Source: an uncultured Anaerolineaceae bacterium
GTDB taxonomy: Bacteria > Chloroflexota > Anaerolineae > Anaerolineales > E44-bin32
Direction of reading: 5' to 3'
Assembly (NCBI GenBank): GCA_964528155.1
Contig: CAZGRL010000007.1
Location: forward strand, 8,613 to 72,612
DNA: 64,000 nucleotides
Shown piece by piece: positions 8,865 to 18,900 of the stretch (its first letter is position 1; each line of letters opens with the position of its first letter). The translations under genes and the position numbers were made by a program. The notes under the pieces are model-generated. The model saw only the letters and a program-made list of their open reading frames with translations. It was not told where the DNA came from and did not search any database.

Positions 8865-9833
8865 TCAGTCTTCGGGAACGGGTTCGTTCCCAAGGACCAT
8901 ATCAATGCGGCCCAACACTTCCTCGTCGAGCCGGTCGACGACATCCAGTGCACCCAGGTTCTCGATCAACTGATCCACCTTTGTGGCGCCGGTGATCACA
9001 CTCGATACTTGCCGCTTGCGCAAGATCCATCCAATCGCAAGTTGAGCCGGCGATACGCCGAGGTCTTCCGCAATCCCGCTGATCTTCCGGGCTTTCTGCA
9101 AGTTCTCATCGCTCAGGATCCCGCTAAGCCAGTCGTATTGCTCAAGCGAAAGCCGTGCCCCCTCCGGTTTCCCCTGGTTGTACTTGCCGCTCAGAAGCCC
9201 CGAGCGGAGCGGGCTCCACGTCACCATCCCAAAACCCAGATCATCGGCCGCCGGCACGAGTTCATCTTCGACCTTGCGGCGCACGAGCATGTTGTAGTGG
9301 GGCTGCTCCACTGCCGGCGGGTATAGTCTGCCCCGTTCTGCAATCCGGTAAGCGTTGGCGATCTGCCCCGCCCGCCATTCCGACGTCCCCCAGTACATCA
9401 CCTTCCCCTGATGGATCAGGTCGTCCATGGCGCGGACGACTTCCTCCAGCGGAGTTTCGGTGTCATATCGGTGGCAGAAGTATAGATCCAGGTAGTCCAC
9501 GCCAATTCGCTTCAGAGAAGCGTGACACGACTCCATGATGTGCTTGCGCGAGAGACCGCGCCCATTCGCGCCCTCGAAGGAGCGCCAGTAGACCTTACTT
9601 GAAAGGACCAGAGCCTCCCGTGGCAGGTCCTTAATGGATGCGCCGAGCGCCTCCTCCGCACGGCCGCCGGAGTACACGTCGGCGACGTCGAAGAAGTTGA
9701 CGCCCAACTCATATGCCTGACGCACAATCTCGCTCGTCCTCTTGACGTCGATCTGCTCCCCGAAGGTGATCCAACCACCGAGCGAGATCGCGCTGAGTTT
9801 GAGACCGGACCTCCCCATGTTTCTGTATTCCAT
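8865..9833 (-). CDS. Aldo/keto reductase (Kv-beta-like subfamily)
   Basis: Start reassigned to MEYRNMGRSGLKLSAISLGGW; FFDVADVYSGGRAEE, SLKRIGVDYLDLYFCHRYD, YWGTSEW, WSPLRSGLLSGKY. Confidence 0.93.
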   Translation of the reverse strand: MEYRNMGRSGLKLSAISLGGWITFGEQIDVKRTSEIVRQAYELGVNFFDVADVYSGGRAEEALGASIKDLPREALVLSSKVYWRSFEGANGRGLSRKHIMESCHASLKRIGVDYLDLYFCHRYDTETPLEEVVRAMDDLIHQGKVMYWGTSEWRAGQIANAYRIAERGRLYPPAVEQPHYNMLVRRKVEDELVPAADDLGFGMVTWSPLRSGLLSGKYNQGKPEGARLSLEQYDWLSGILSDENLQKARKISGIAEDLGVSPAQLAIGWILRKRQVSSVITGATKVDQLIENLGALDVVDRLDEEVLGRIDMVLGNEPVPED

Positions 9834-10252
9834 CTGATCTCCTGGGATCTGCGCACATGCGATTGCGCGAGCCGCGCCGCCATTATAGCCGTTGGAGGTC
9901 GGGTGTGGCCTTCGTGCTATACTGCACTCGGCGGCGCACGCCTCTTCCCAGCCGACGGCGGCCCACTGCAAGACGGGGCGACTCAGCGTCGAAAAGGGCC
10001 GTCCACTGCGAAGAAGGACGGTCCATCTCAGGGCCCCGTATCCGGGGGCCCGGCCGGCAACTCGACCTCTCTTGTGCGGGACGAAGCAAAGCCAGGCCAC
10101 CCCGATTCGGAGGAGAGCAGCCTACCTGTTCGCCCGATTCCTGGCGGATGCATTCGAAGCCGGCTCGCCCGAACGCCGGGCCGGTTGCCTCGATCTGATC
10201 CTGCCGGTTGATGAGACCCTGCGCGGTTCACGCGCGTGTGGAGCCTGACTGC

Positions 10253-11293
10253 ATGACAGACACCATGAAGGCGGTCTTGAAGACAAAGCCGGGGAAAGGC
10301 CTCGTAGTCGGAGAGGTCCCGATCCCGATGGTCGGTCCCGATGAGGTTCTGGTCAAGGTGCGGGCTGCCTCGATCTGCGGGACCGATTTGCATATCTACA
10401 ACTGGGACCCGTGGGCGGCCAGCCGATTGAAGCCGCCCCTTGTCGTCGGCCATGAGGTGTGCGGAGAAGTCGTCGAGCGCGGCTCGATGGTACGTACGCC
10501 AGCGATCGGCGATTTCGTCTCGCTCGAGTCTCACGTGATCTGCAACACGTGCTCCTTCTGCCGTACGGGCCGGGGCAATCTGTGCGAGAACACACATTTG
10601 ATCGGCGTCGACCGCGATGGCGGGTTCGCCGACTACATCGCCATCGCCGCTCAGAACGCCTGGCCCAATCCGGCCGACCTGCCGGTTGAGGTCGCCGTGC
10701 TCCAGGAGAACTTCGGCAACGCCGTGCACACGGCATTTGCTTTCGATCTGCGGGCGAAGAAGGTGTTGGTCACCGGTTGCGGCCCCGTCGGGTTGATGAC
10801 GATCAGCGTCGCCCGGGCTATCGGAGCCCGGGCGATTTACGCCTCCGACATCAGTCGCTACCGTCTCGATATGGCCAGGCGGATGGGGGCCGATCTTGCC
10901 CTCCATCCCTCGGAAGACCCCCTTTCCGAGAGCGTCCTCGAGGCTACCGACGGCGAGGGCGTCGATGTACTCCTGGAGATGTCCGGGGCACCTTCCGCCA
11001 TCGATCAAGGCTTCTCACTACTCAAACCGGGAGGCGATGCGGCCCTGCTGGGGGTGGCCCCCGGTTCGTTCGAGTTCGATTGGAACCACCACATCGTGTT
11101 CAAGGGGGCCCATGTGCTGGGGATCACCGGGCGCCAGCTCTGGCAGACGTGGTATCAGGGGCGCGGCCTGGTCCGGTCGGGTGCCGTCGACCTGACGACA
11201 ATGGTCACACATCACTTCCGACTGGAAGAGTTCGATCAGGCCTTCGCGGTGATGGCTTCAGGGGACTCCGGGAAGGTCATGCTCACCCCGTGA
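10253..11293 (+). CDS. tdh: L-threonine 3-dehydrogenase (Zn-dependent MDR family)
   Basis: ASICGTDLHIYNWD, GHE, CxxCxxCx7C structural Zn site, GNAVHTA, GCGPVG, GITGRQLWQTWY, SGKVML. Confidence 0.85.
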   Translation: MTDTMKAVLKTKPGKGLVVGEVPIPMVGPDEVLVKVRAASICGTDLHIYNWDPWAASRLKPPLVVGHEVCGEVVERGSMVRTPAIGDFVSLESHVICNTCSFCRTGRGNLCENTHLIGVDRDGGFADYIAIAAQNAWPNPADLPVEVAVLQENFGNAVHTAFAFDLRAKKVLVTGCGPVGLMTISVARAIGARAIYASDISRYRLDMARRMGADLALHPSEDPLSESVLEATDGEGVDVLLEMSGAPSAIDQGFSLLKPGGDAALLGVAPGSFEFDWNHHIVFKGAHVLGITGRQLWQTWYQGRGLVRSGAVDLTTMVTHHFRLEEFDQAFAVMASGDSGKVMLTP

Positions 11294-11524
11294 AAAGCGG
11301 CGATTTGGCAAGCATGCTCGCGGGCGTGCCGCTCCCCGCACCAACCAATGGTAGGGCTCTCCGGTTTCATTCGACTTCCGTCCTTTTGGCCCATCGCATT
11401 TGAGGTCGGCTGGCACGCCAGGTAGAATCAGCACTCGGCCCTTTAGTCTGACGCGGGCGCTCGGCATGCGGCCCCAAATGACGTCGGAAGGAGGGCCTCC
11501 CACGCAGGAGAGGCCGGCATCCGG

Positions 11525-12394
11525 ATGAGAACCACCTTCGCCGCAAGCTGTGCAATCGCCCTCGGGCTCGGGCTGGCCGGCTGCAGCCGATCGGCCGCCG
11601 AACTCCCGACTTCGCAGGTCCAGGCCAGTCTATTGCCGCCAACGTTGACTTCCGTCTTCCCGCTGCCCACGCTCCCGACGGCTCTGCCCAGCGCCACCTC
11701 GCCTCCACCCAGTACGGCCACCTACACTCCCACGCCTACCATCACCTCGACCCCCTCTCCGGGTCCAAGCCCCTCGCCGACGGGGCCGGGGCTTTCGCCG
11801 GACGATCCCCGCCACATGCTCAATCTTTCCGCCCCGGACTACACCGACGACTTCAGCTCGCACTTGAAGTGGGGCGAATTCAGCTATCCCGAGTCGGCCA
11901 CGAACGTATACGCCGAAGGCGGATTGAAGGCGAAGGACAACGTCGTTGATCACACCATCTGGTGGAGCGTATCCGATCAGGCCGGGGGTGACGTGTATGT
12001 CGAGGTCACCGCCCGGGTGGGTGAGTGCTCGGGTGAGGACGGGTACGGCCTCGCCGTTCGCGTCGGAGGCGAGAACTTCGATCGCGGCTACGCCCTCGAG
12101 TTCTCATGTAACGGATCGTATCGCCTTCGGAAGTTCATCGGCAACGTCAATCCGGCCGTGCTGGTCGATTGGTCGCCGTCAGACCAAATTCAATCAGGCG
12201 TCGACGCCACAAACCGAATGGGCCTGCTGGCGAGAGGCGACATGCTCTATGCCGTCGCCAATGGCGAGATCATCAGTGAGGCATCCGACAACGAATATAC
12301 CTACGGCTTCTTCGGCCTGTACGCCAGCGCCGAAGACATACCGGGGCTTGATGTCGTCTTCGACGACTTTGCATTGTGGCACCTGCAGCCTTGA
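11525..12394 (+). CDS. Lipoprotein with Pro/Thr-rich linker and C-terminal beta-sandwich (LamG/DUF1080-like)
   Basis: Lipobox LAGC; PT-rich linker; DDFS...YGLAVR...NRMGLLARGDML...NG...GFFGL...VVFDDF pattern. Confidence 0.7.
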   Translation: MRTTFAASCAIALGLGLAGCSRSAAELPTSQVQASLLPPTLTSVFPLPTLPTALPSATSPPPSTATYTPTPTITSTPSPGPSPSPTGPGLSPDDPRHMLNLSAPDYTDDFSSHLKWGEFSYPESATNVYAEGGLKAKDNVVDHTIWWSVSDQAGGDVYVEVTARVGECSGEDGYGLAVRVGGENFDRGYALEFSCNGSYRLRKFIGNVNPAVLVDWSPSDQIQSGVDATNRMGLLARGDMLYAVANGEIISEASDNEYTYGFFGLYASAEDIPGLDVVFDDFALWHLQP

Positions 12395-12473
12395 TAGCGA
12401 TTTCGAACGAGATCCCAACCGGGCCGGACTCGATCGACCTGACCGCATCTGACCAGGCATCGATTGATAGCCG

Positions 12474-13370
12474 GTGAACTTTCCACGAGAACCAGCCTGG
12501 GCAGGCGAGCTTGATGCCAACCCAAGCCCAGCGTCGCCCCGTTTCCGAAATCACCACTTCCGGGGATGGCGTCTACTGGTGCACGTTCTGATCAGTCTGC
12601 TCATCTGGGGTTGCTCATCCCCGACTGTTACTCCCACGATGACCTTGACCCCGTCTCCCCTCCCTCCAACACCGACTTTCATCATACCGACGGCGCCCCC
12701 AACTTCGACGCCGTCCCCCGCTCCCACCCTCTCGCCGACTCCAAATCTGCTCTTCGGAGTCGGGCCGTTCCTTTTCCGGGATGGGTTCGATCGGAACGCT
12801 GGCTGGGCTGTCGGCGAAGACAGCCTGGGAGGGACGAGCATCGCCGACGGACGGCTGGTGCTGTCTGTCCGGAATCCCAAGACCTATCGCTACGCCATCA
12901 GCCCGGTTTCTCAACTTACTGACTTCTACGCCGAAGTCGTTGTTCGCCCATTGATCTGCAACGAGGATGACGAGTTCGGGCTGATGTTTCGCTTTGATCC
13001 GGACGGCAACCACTTCCGCATGAGCCTCGCCTGCAGTGGCAGCGTGCGCGTCGTGCGCGTCCTCGGAGGCCAATCTTTCAACTTGATCCCTCCGACGGAA
13101 ACGTACGAGGTCATCCCCGGGCCTCTGGTTGAGAACCGCCTCGGTGTACTCGCGGTCGGTGCGGACTTCCACTTGTTTATCAACGGGGCCGAAGTATTGA
13201 GTATGCGCAACGGCCAGATCCCGATCGGGACGCTGGGGTTCTTCGTCCACGCCGAGAGTTCGGGTCAGACCACGGTGGCGTTCGACGACCTCTCGGTCAG
13301 GGCCGTTCAGGCAACGCCGACGCCGACTTCCGCTTCCCTTGTGCAGCCCACGCCGGGGCAGAGTCCATGA
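12474..13370 (+). CDS. Paralogous lipoprotein with PT-rich linker and LamG/DUF1080-like domain; start uncertain
   Basis: IWGC lipobox-like site; DGF...FGLMFR...NRLGVLAVG...NG...GTLGFF...VAFDDL parallels the upstream gene. Confidence 0.68.
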   Translation: MNFPREPAWAGELDANPSPASPRFRNHHFRGWRLLVHVLISLLIWGCSSPTVTPTMTLTPSPLPPTPTFIIPTAPPTSTPSPAPTLSPTPNLLFGVGPFLFRDGFDRNAGWAVGEDSLGGTSIADGRLVLSVRNPKTYRYAISPVSQLTDFYAEVVVRPLICNEDDEFGLMFRFDPDGNHFRMSLACSGSVRVVRVLGGQSFNLIPPTETYEVIPGPLVENRLGVLAVGADFHLFINGAEVLSMRNGQIPIGTLGFFVHAESSGQTTVAFDDLSVRAVQATPTPTSASLVQPTPGQSP

Positions 13371-14194
13371 GCAAGGAACGGCCCTTTCGAAACAGACTGA
13401 ATGCACTGACATCGAAGGAGTGGCTCAAGTTCCAGAAGTCCTGGTTTGTCCACAATCCCCCACGGCGACAGAAGGAAGTTCTTCGACACCCCGCCAAGTT
13501 CCCCGAGACACTTGCCCAAGAGTTCATCGAGTTCTTCACCAAACCTGGGCAGATGGTGTTCGACCCGATGGCCGGCACAGGCTCAGCCTTGATCGCCAGT
13601 CTGCGCGCCGGCCGGCAATCGATCGGGGTCGAGCTCAATCCGGCCTATGCCGAAGTCGCGCGCGAGCTCATACGCGCGGAGCTCGCGTGCCTCGGACCGA
13701 GCGCGGCCGATCTGCGCTGCGAGGTGATCACCGGTGACGCGGCTAAGTTGTCCTTCGGCGATCTCCCGTCGATGGACTATGTCCTCACTTCTCCACCCTA
13801 TTGGAACATGCTGCATGCGCGCGGGGCCAAGACGCAACGCTCGCGGCGGGCTTCAAAATCCCTGGATGTGGTGTACTCGGATGATCCGGCCGATCTGGGA
13901 AACATCGACGACTACGAGGAGTTCCTGGAGCGGCTGGCGGGGATCTACGAGTCCCTCCAGGCGATCCTCCGCCCGAAGGCCTACTTGACGATCATCGTCA
14001 AGAACGTCAAGAAGGGCGGAAGAATCTATCCTTTGGCATGGGATCTGGGGAAGCGATTAGCCGAGACGTATACGCTCAAGGACGAGCGGATCTGGTGTCA
14101 GGATGACATCCGGCTTGCGCCGTACGGTTTGGGAAACGCGTGGGTGAGCAACACCTTTCATCACTACTGCCTTCAGTTCCGTTGGGAGCCGTAG
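13367..14194 (+). CDS. SAM-dependent amino-methyltransferase (N4-C/N6-A DNA methylase family), orphan
   Basis: HPAKFP, FDPMAGTGS (SAM-binding), LTSPPYW (catalytic); ATGA overlap with the preceding gene; no restriction endonuclease adjacent. Confidence 0.82.
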   Translation: MSKERPFRNRLNALTSKEWLKFQKSWFVHNPPRRQKEVLRHPAKFPETLAQEFIEFFTKPGQMVFDPMAGTGSALIASLRAGRQSIGVELNPAYAEVARELIRAELACLGPSAADLRCEVITGDAAKLSFGDLPSMDYVLTSPPYWNMLHARGAKTQRSRRASKSLDVVYSDDPADLGNIDDYEEFLERLAGIYESLQAILRPKAYLTIIVKNVKKGGRIYPLAWDLGKRLAETYTLKDERIWCQDDIRLAPYGLGNAWVSNTFHHYCLQFRWEP

Positions 14195-14205
14195 CACAGG
14201 TGAGT

Positions 14206-14240
14206 CAGGCTCCCGGAGCCTTGAAGGCTCCGGGAGCCTG
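14206..14240. repeat. Short palindromic element, copy 1 (REP-like or bidirectional terminator)
   Basis: caggctcccggagcct-tga-aggctccgggagcctg between convergent genes; near-identical copy at 52094. Confidence 0.85.
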
Positions 14241-14246
14241 GTTGGA

Positions 14247-15908
14247 TCAGACCGTCTTCAGATACTGGTGCACCAGGCTCACAGCGATCGCCCCCTCACC
14301 GACAGCCGAGGCCACTCGCCGGATGGCGCCCTGACGCACATCGCCCGCAGCGAAGATACCGGGCACGCTCGTTTCAAGCATGTATGGATCACGTTGCAGG
14401 CGCCACCCCTTGGGTCTGCGGCCGCCCTGGGTCAAATCCGGTCCCGTGAGAATGAAACCGACGCGGTTTCTCTCCACGACATCAGCGACCAGATCCGTGT
14501 GCGGAGCCGCTCCGATGAAGATGAACAGCGCCGCCGCGTCCATCGTTTGAGGCTCGCCTCCGTCAATGGGAGTGATCGTGATTGCCTCCAACTTTTCCTT
14601 ACCATGAACGGCGGTCACTTTCATCCGCACCACGATTTCGATGTTTTCCCGTCCCTTGATCTGATCGATCAAGTACTGTGACATGCTCGAATCAAGGCTC
14701 TCGCCGCGCACCACCATCGTCACCTTGGCGGCGTAGCGAGAGAAGAACATCGCGCCTTGCCCTGCGGAGTTCGCGCCCCCGACGACGAAGATGTGCTTGT
14801 CCCGGTAATGCGCAGCTTCAGTCAGCGCCGCTCCATAGTACACGCCAGCCCCTGTCAGCTCGTCGACCCCCTCGAGTTCGAGCTTGCGCACCGAAACACC
14901 GGTGGCGATGAGCAGCGCATGACAGCTCAGTTCCGTCCCGTCGCTCAAGGCGACGAAACGATAAGGATCATTGATACGCACGGCCGTGGCCTCGACGGTG
15001 GTCAGGATCTCGGCGCCAAAGCGCTTGGCCTGTGCCGTTGCACGCCGGGCGAGGTCCGCCCCGCTGACGCCGCTGGGAAAGCCGAGATAGTTCTCGATCC
15101 TTGAGCTCGTTCCCGCCTGACCGCCCGTCGCCTCCAGTTCGATCATGGCCGTGCGCAATCCTTCCGAGGCACCGTACACTCCGGCGCCCAAGCCTGCCGG
15201 CCCGGCGCCGACGATAATCAGATCGTAGAACGGCTGGGTGGCTTGAGTCTGCAGCCCGACCCTCTCGGCCAGGCTGCGGTTGTCGGGTTCGGCCAGGAAT
15301 GATCCGTCCGGGAAGAAAACGACGGGGAGCTTGGCCTCCCCTTTGATCGCGCCTTCGACCAGCTCTTTGGCCACACTGTCCGACTCGATATCCAGCCACT
15401 GGTACGGAATCTGATTCCTCGAGAGGAAGTCCTTGACTGCATGGCTGGTCGGTGACCAGAGCGTCCCGGCCACCCGGATGCCGTCGTACGGAATCGGTAC
15501 GGTCGCCAGCCAATCGCTCAGCAGATCATCCAGGACCGGGTAAAGGTTCTGTTCCGGCGGGTCCCAAGGCTTCAACAGATAGTGATCCAGCCCAACCTGG
15601 TTGATGCTTTCGATCGCCGCCTCAGTGTCGGCATAGGCAGTCAGCAGCACCTTCCGCGCTTCCGGGTAGATCTTCATCGCCCGAGTGAGGAACTCGGTCC
15701 CAATCATGACGGGCATTCGTTGATCCACCAAGAAGAGCGCAACCGGATCGTTTCGCTGCTTGAGGCGCTGAACAGTCTGCATCGCCTCGGTGCCGGATCC
15801 GGCCTTCACGATCCGGTAGTCCCCCCGGTAGTGCTGACGCAGATCGCGCTCGACCGCGTTCAACACCTGCGGCTCATCGTCGACCGTCATGATGATTGGC
15901 TTGGCCAT
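14247..15908 (-). CDS. Fused response-regulator receiver, glutaredoxin-like domain and thioredoxin-reductase-like FAD oxidoreductase
   Basis: MTVDDE...LFLVDQRMP receiver; IIVGAGPAGL, GGQAGTSSRIENYLGFP, VVGGANSAGQ, TSVPGIFAAGDV; the TrxB CxxC position reads GVYYGAA. Confidence 0.9.
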   Translation of the reverse strand: MAKPIIMTVDDEPQVLNAVERDLRQHYRGDYRIVKAGSGTEAMQTVQRLKQRNDPVALFLVDQRMPVMIGTEFLTRAMKIYPEARKVLLTAYADTEAAIESINQVGLDHYLLKPWDPPEQNLYPVLDDLLSDWLATVPIPYDGIRVAGTLWSPTSHAVKDFLSRNQIPYQWLDIESDSVAKELVEGAIKGEAKLPVVFFPDGSFLAEPDNRSLAERVGLQTQATQPFYDLIIVGAGPAGLGAGVYGASEGLRTAMIELEATGGQAGTSSRIENYLGFPSGVSGADLARRATAQAKRFGAEILTTVEATAVRINDPYRFVALSDGTELSCHALLIATGVSVRKLELEGVDELTGAGVYYGAALTEAAHYRDKHIFVVGGANSAGQGAMFFSRYAAKVTMVVRGESLDSSMSQYLIDQIKGRENIEIVVRMKVTAVHGKEKLEAITITPIDGGEPQTMDAAALFIFIGAAPHTDLVADVVERNRVGFILTGPDLTQGGRRPKGWRLQRDPYMLETSVPGIFAAGDVRQGAIRRVASAVGEGAIAVSLVHQYLKTV

Positions 15909-15983
15909 CTTCTCGTTATCCTTCTTCCGTCGCTCGTCCGCGTGGATCTATGTTCTTGTTCTCAACTGACCAGCAGGGAGCGA

Positions 15984-18900
15984 TCACGCCTTGGATAGCA
16001 CACGCACTTCGGGAAGGTCGAGAAACGATCGTCGTAGCTCGGCTGATCCAATATGCTCGGCGATGAATTCGACGATCTGCCCGGCTATGGCGTAGTGCTT
16101 TTGGGCCGACTCCGCGTGGCCCAGCTTCGTCTCAACCCACCCCAATCCGGCCTCAGTCCTCCATTCGAGCCGGCGCGAGCCGAGAGCCTGCGCGCGTGCG
16201 CGAGCTTCCATGAGCGCCTGGCTCGCCCGCTCCCACTGCCCTTGCTGGATGAATGCCCGGCCTCGAAGTTCGTAGAAGTCGGGGATGTGGATCTCCTGTC
16301 CTCGTCCTCCGACGCGATCCAGGAAGCCTTCGACGACCTTCAGAGCATCCTCTGGGTGCTCTTTGGCGATGGCCAACTCCGCTTCGGTCAGCGAGACGAT
16401 GAATTCGATGAAGAACAAGCTGGTATCGTGCGGATAATTCTTGGCCTCGTCGAGACGAGCGGTCGCGGCTTCAACATCGCCGCCCCGCAACGACGCAAAG
16501 GACATGACTGCCAACGGCCAGGACCGCCAGGCTTGGAGATTCTCGACCGCATACTCCAGAGCCGCCTGACTGACTTCTCGCGCTCTGTCGAATGCACCTA
16601 ACTCAACATATCGGACTCCCAGCAACCCCCTCGTCCCCATGGATGCGCCGGTGAAACCCGCTTGGTCTCCCAGCCGGATGCACTCCTCCATTGTCTCGAT
16701 GGCGAGTGCATAGTCGCCTCTCTCGGCATAGACCTCACCCTCAACCCACCGACTGTAGGACCGACCCCACGTGTTGCCGATCACATCACTGATTTTGCGC
16801 GACTCCCGGGCGGCCTCGATCACTTGATCGAACTTCCCACGGAAGAAATGCATGACCGCCATGCTGCCGTAGCTGTCCGCCAGCATGGGTTGGTTCCCAA
16901 GTTCTCTCCAGAGATGTTGAGCCTCCCCAAGTACGCGGACAGCGTCCTCCGTCCGATCAGCTCCCACGTATCCGTGGATCGCCAGATCGTTAAGGGTGAA
17001 TGCGGCTTGTTCCTTCAGCCCCTCTTCCCGAGCAATAGCCAGTGACTGCTCTCCGAACGGAATCCCCTCCTCTGGATGTCCCCCAAACTTCTCAGCCAGC
17101 ATCATGTTCCATAGGATCTTCGCCTCGGCCGGTCGATCGTCCATCCCTCGCGCAAGCTCGAGAGCCTTCTCAGAAAGCATCTTACCCTTGGCCGCATCCG
17201 CCGCAGAATTTGGTGTCGAGTACACCGTCCCCTTGGCAATCAATGCCGCCAACTCGAGCATGCGTTCCTTCCTCCGTAGGGCCAAGGATTTCAGTTCCTC
17301 ATAGTTGTTCAAGGCATCGTGATGCTGCCCGCTGAGCTCGAAGGCCCGTCCGCGTGACAGGTATAGGTGGAGCACGTCCTCGGCAGGGGCCTTGTCTTTA
17401 TCCAGGATCTCGAGAGCCTGCGTGTATTGGGCAATGGCCTCCGCGTTGGCGTACAGCTTCATCGCGGCATCGCCGGCCAACGTCGAGTACCTGGCGGCGC
17501 GCTCGTCTCCGGCTTCTCGAAAATGGTAGGCCAGCATTGGGTACAACTCCTCGAGCCGATCGGCGAAGAGCCGCTCAAGGGTTTCCCCAGTCCGTCGATG
17601 GAAATCCTTGCGTTGCGCTGCAAGAAGCGTGGCGTAGGTCACCTGCTGAACAAGAACGTTCTTGAAAGCGTACTCAAGTTCAGGAATGCGCGCCCTCTCC
17701 CGAACGAGATCGGCCCGTTGCAGACCCAGAATGCAATCTCGAAGCTCTGCGTGAAGTTGGGAGATTTCCTCCAAGACTTTGAAGGCGAACTGCCTGCCAA
17801 TAACCGATGCCACTTGCAGGGTCAACCTTTCGTCGCGCTTGAGTCGATCCAGTCTCGCCTGCACCACTTTTTCCAGCGTGTCCGGAACGTGCAAATGGGC
17901 TTCCGACTGGCCGACCGTCCAGCCACTATCCCCCTTGACCAATTGCCCTTCTTCGATCAGATCGCGTATAAGCTCCTCCAGGAAGAAGGGGTTTCCCTCC
18001 GAGATGTCGCAAATCCGATCCCGAACCGGCTCGGGCAACGCCGCTACCTCCAGAAGGCTGTCGATCATCGCCTCGCTCGAGGCGCCATCGAGAGGACCGA
18101 GCGTAAGCTCCACGTACCGGTGAGGAAAATCGCTCTCCGCCTTGACTTTGAGCTTCCAGCATGGTTTGTCGCGCTCGGGCCTAAACAAAAGGAACAGCAG
18201 GAGAGGCGCCGTCTCGGTCGAGAGCAGGAGCGTCTGAATCAAATTGAGCGAGCTCAGATCCGCCCAGTGCAGGTCATCGAAGACCAGACATAGCGGCTGC
18301 TTCTCGGCGTGGGCTTCGACGGTCCGGCAGACCGCGCTGGCGATCCTTTGATTGAGCGTGCTTGCGTCCAAACCCTCGAGTGTGGCGGTGGCGGCCGAAG
18401 GGACGGGGGCGCCGAGCAGGACAGCCAGATAGGGCCAGATCTCGTCAGCCGTGTCACCCAGGAGGGGGACGAGCCCTCGCTCGAGCTTCAGATCGAGCAG
18501 TGCCGGCGTGTCATCGGGGGCCAGATGCAAGAGTTCTCCAAGCAGGTTGAGTATCACCCCGTAGGGTCGGTCTTCCGCATAGGAGTAGGCGCGGCCTTCC
18601 GCCCAACGGACATCGTGGTCCTGAGAGTCTTCAATGACCTGTTGGAGCAGACGGGTCTTGCCTATCCCGGGTTCACCCAGGATACCGGCGATCGCTCCCC
18701 GGCCAGCAGCCAGGCCCTGGACAAGCTCCCCCAACTTTGCCCGCTCAGTCTGCCTCCCGATGAGCGGTGAAGGTAGCCCGCTGATTCCACGCTCGGACTC
18801 GGGCAGGCTACGTTCTGCCAGCAGCAAGAATGAGGTCACCTCGCCTTCGAAGCCTTTCACGGCCAACTTCTCTCGGTCCTCAAGCTCAAAGCGATGCCGG

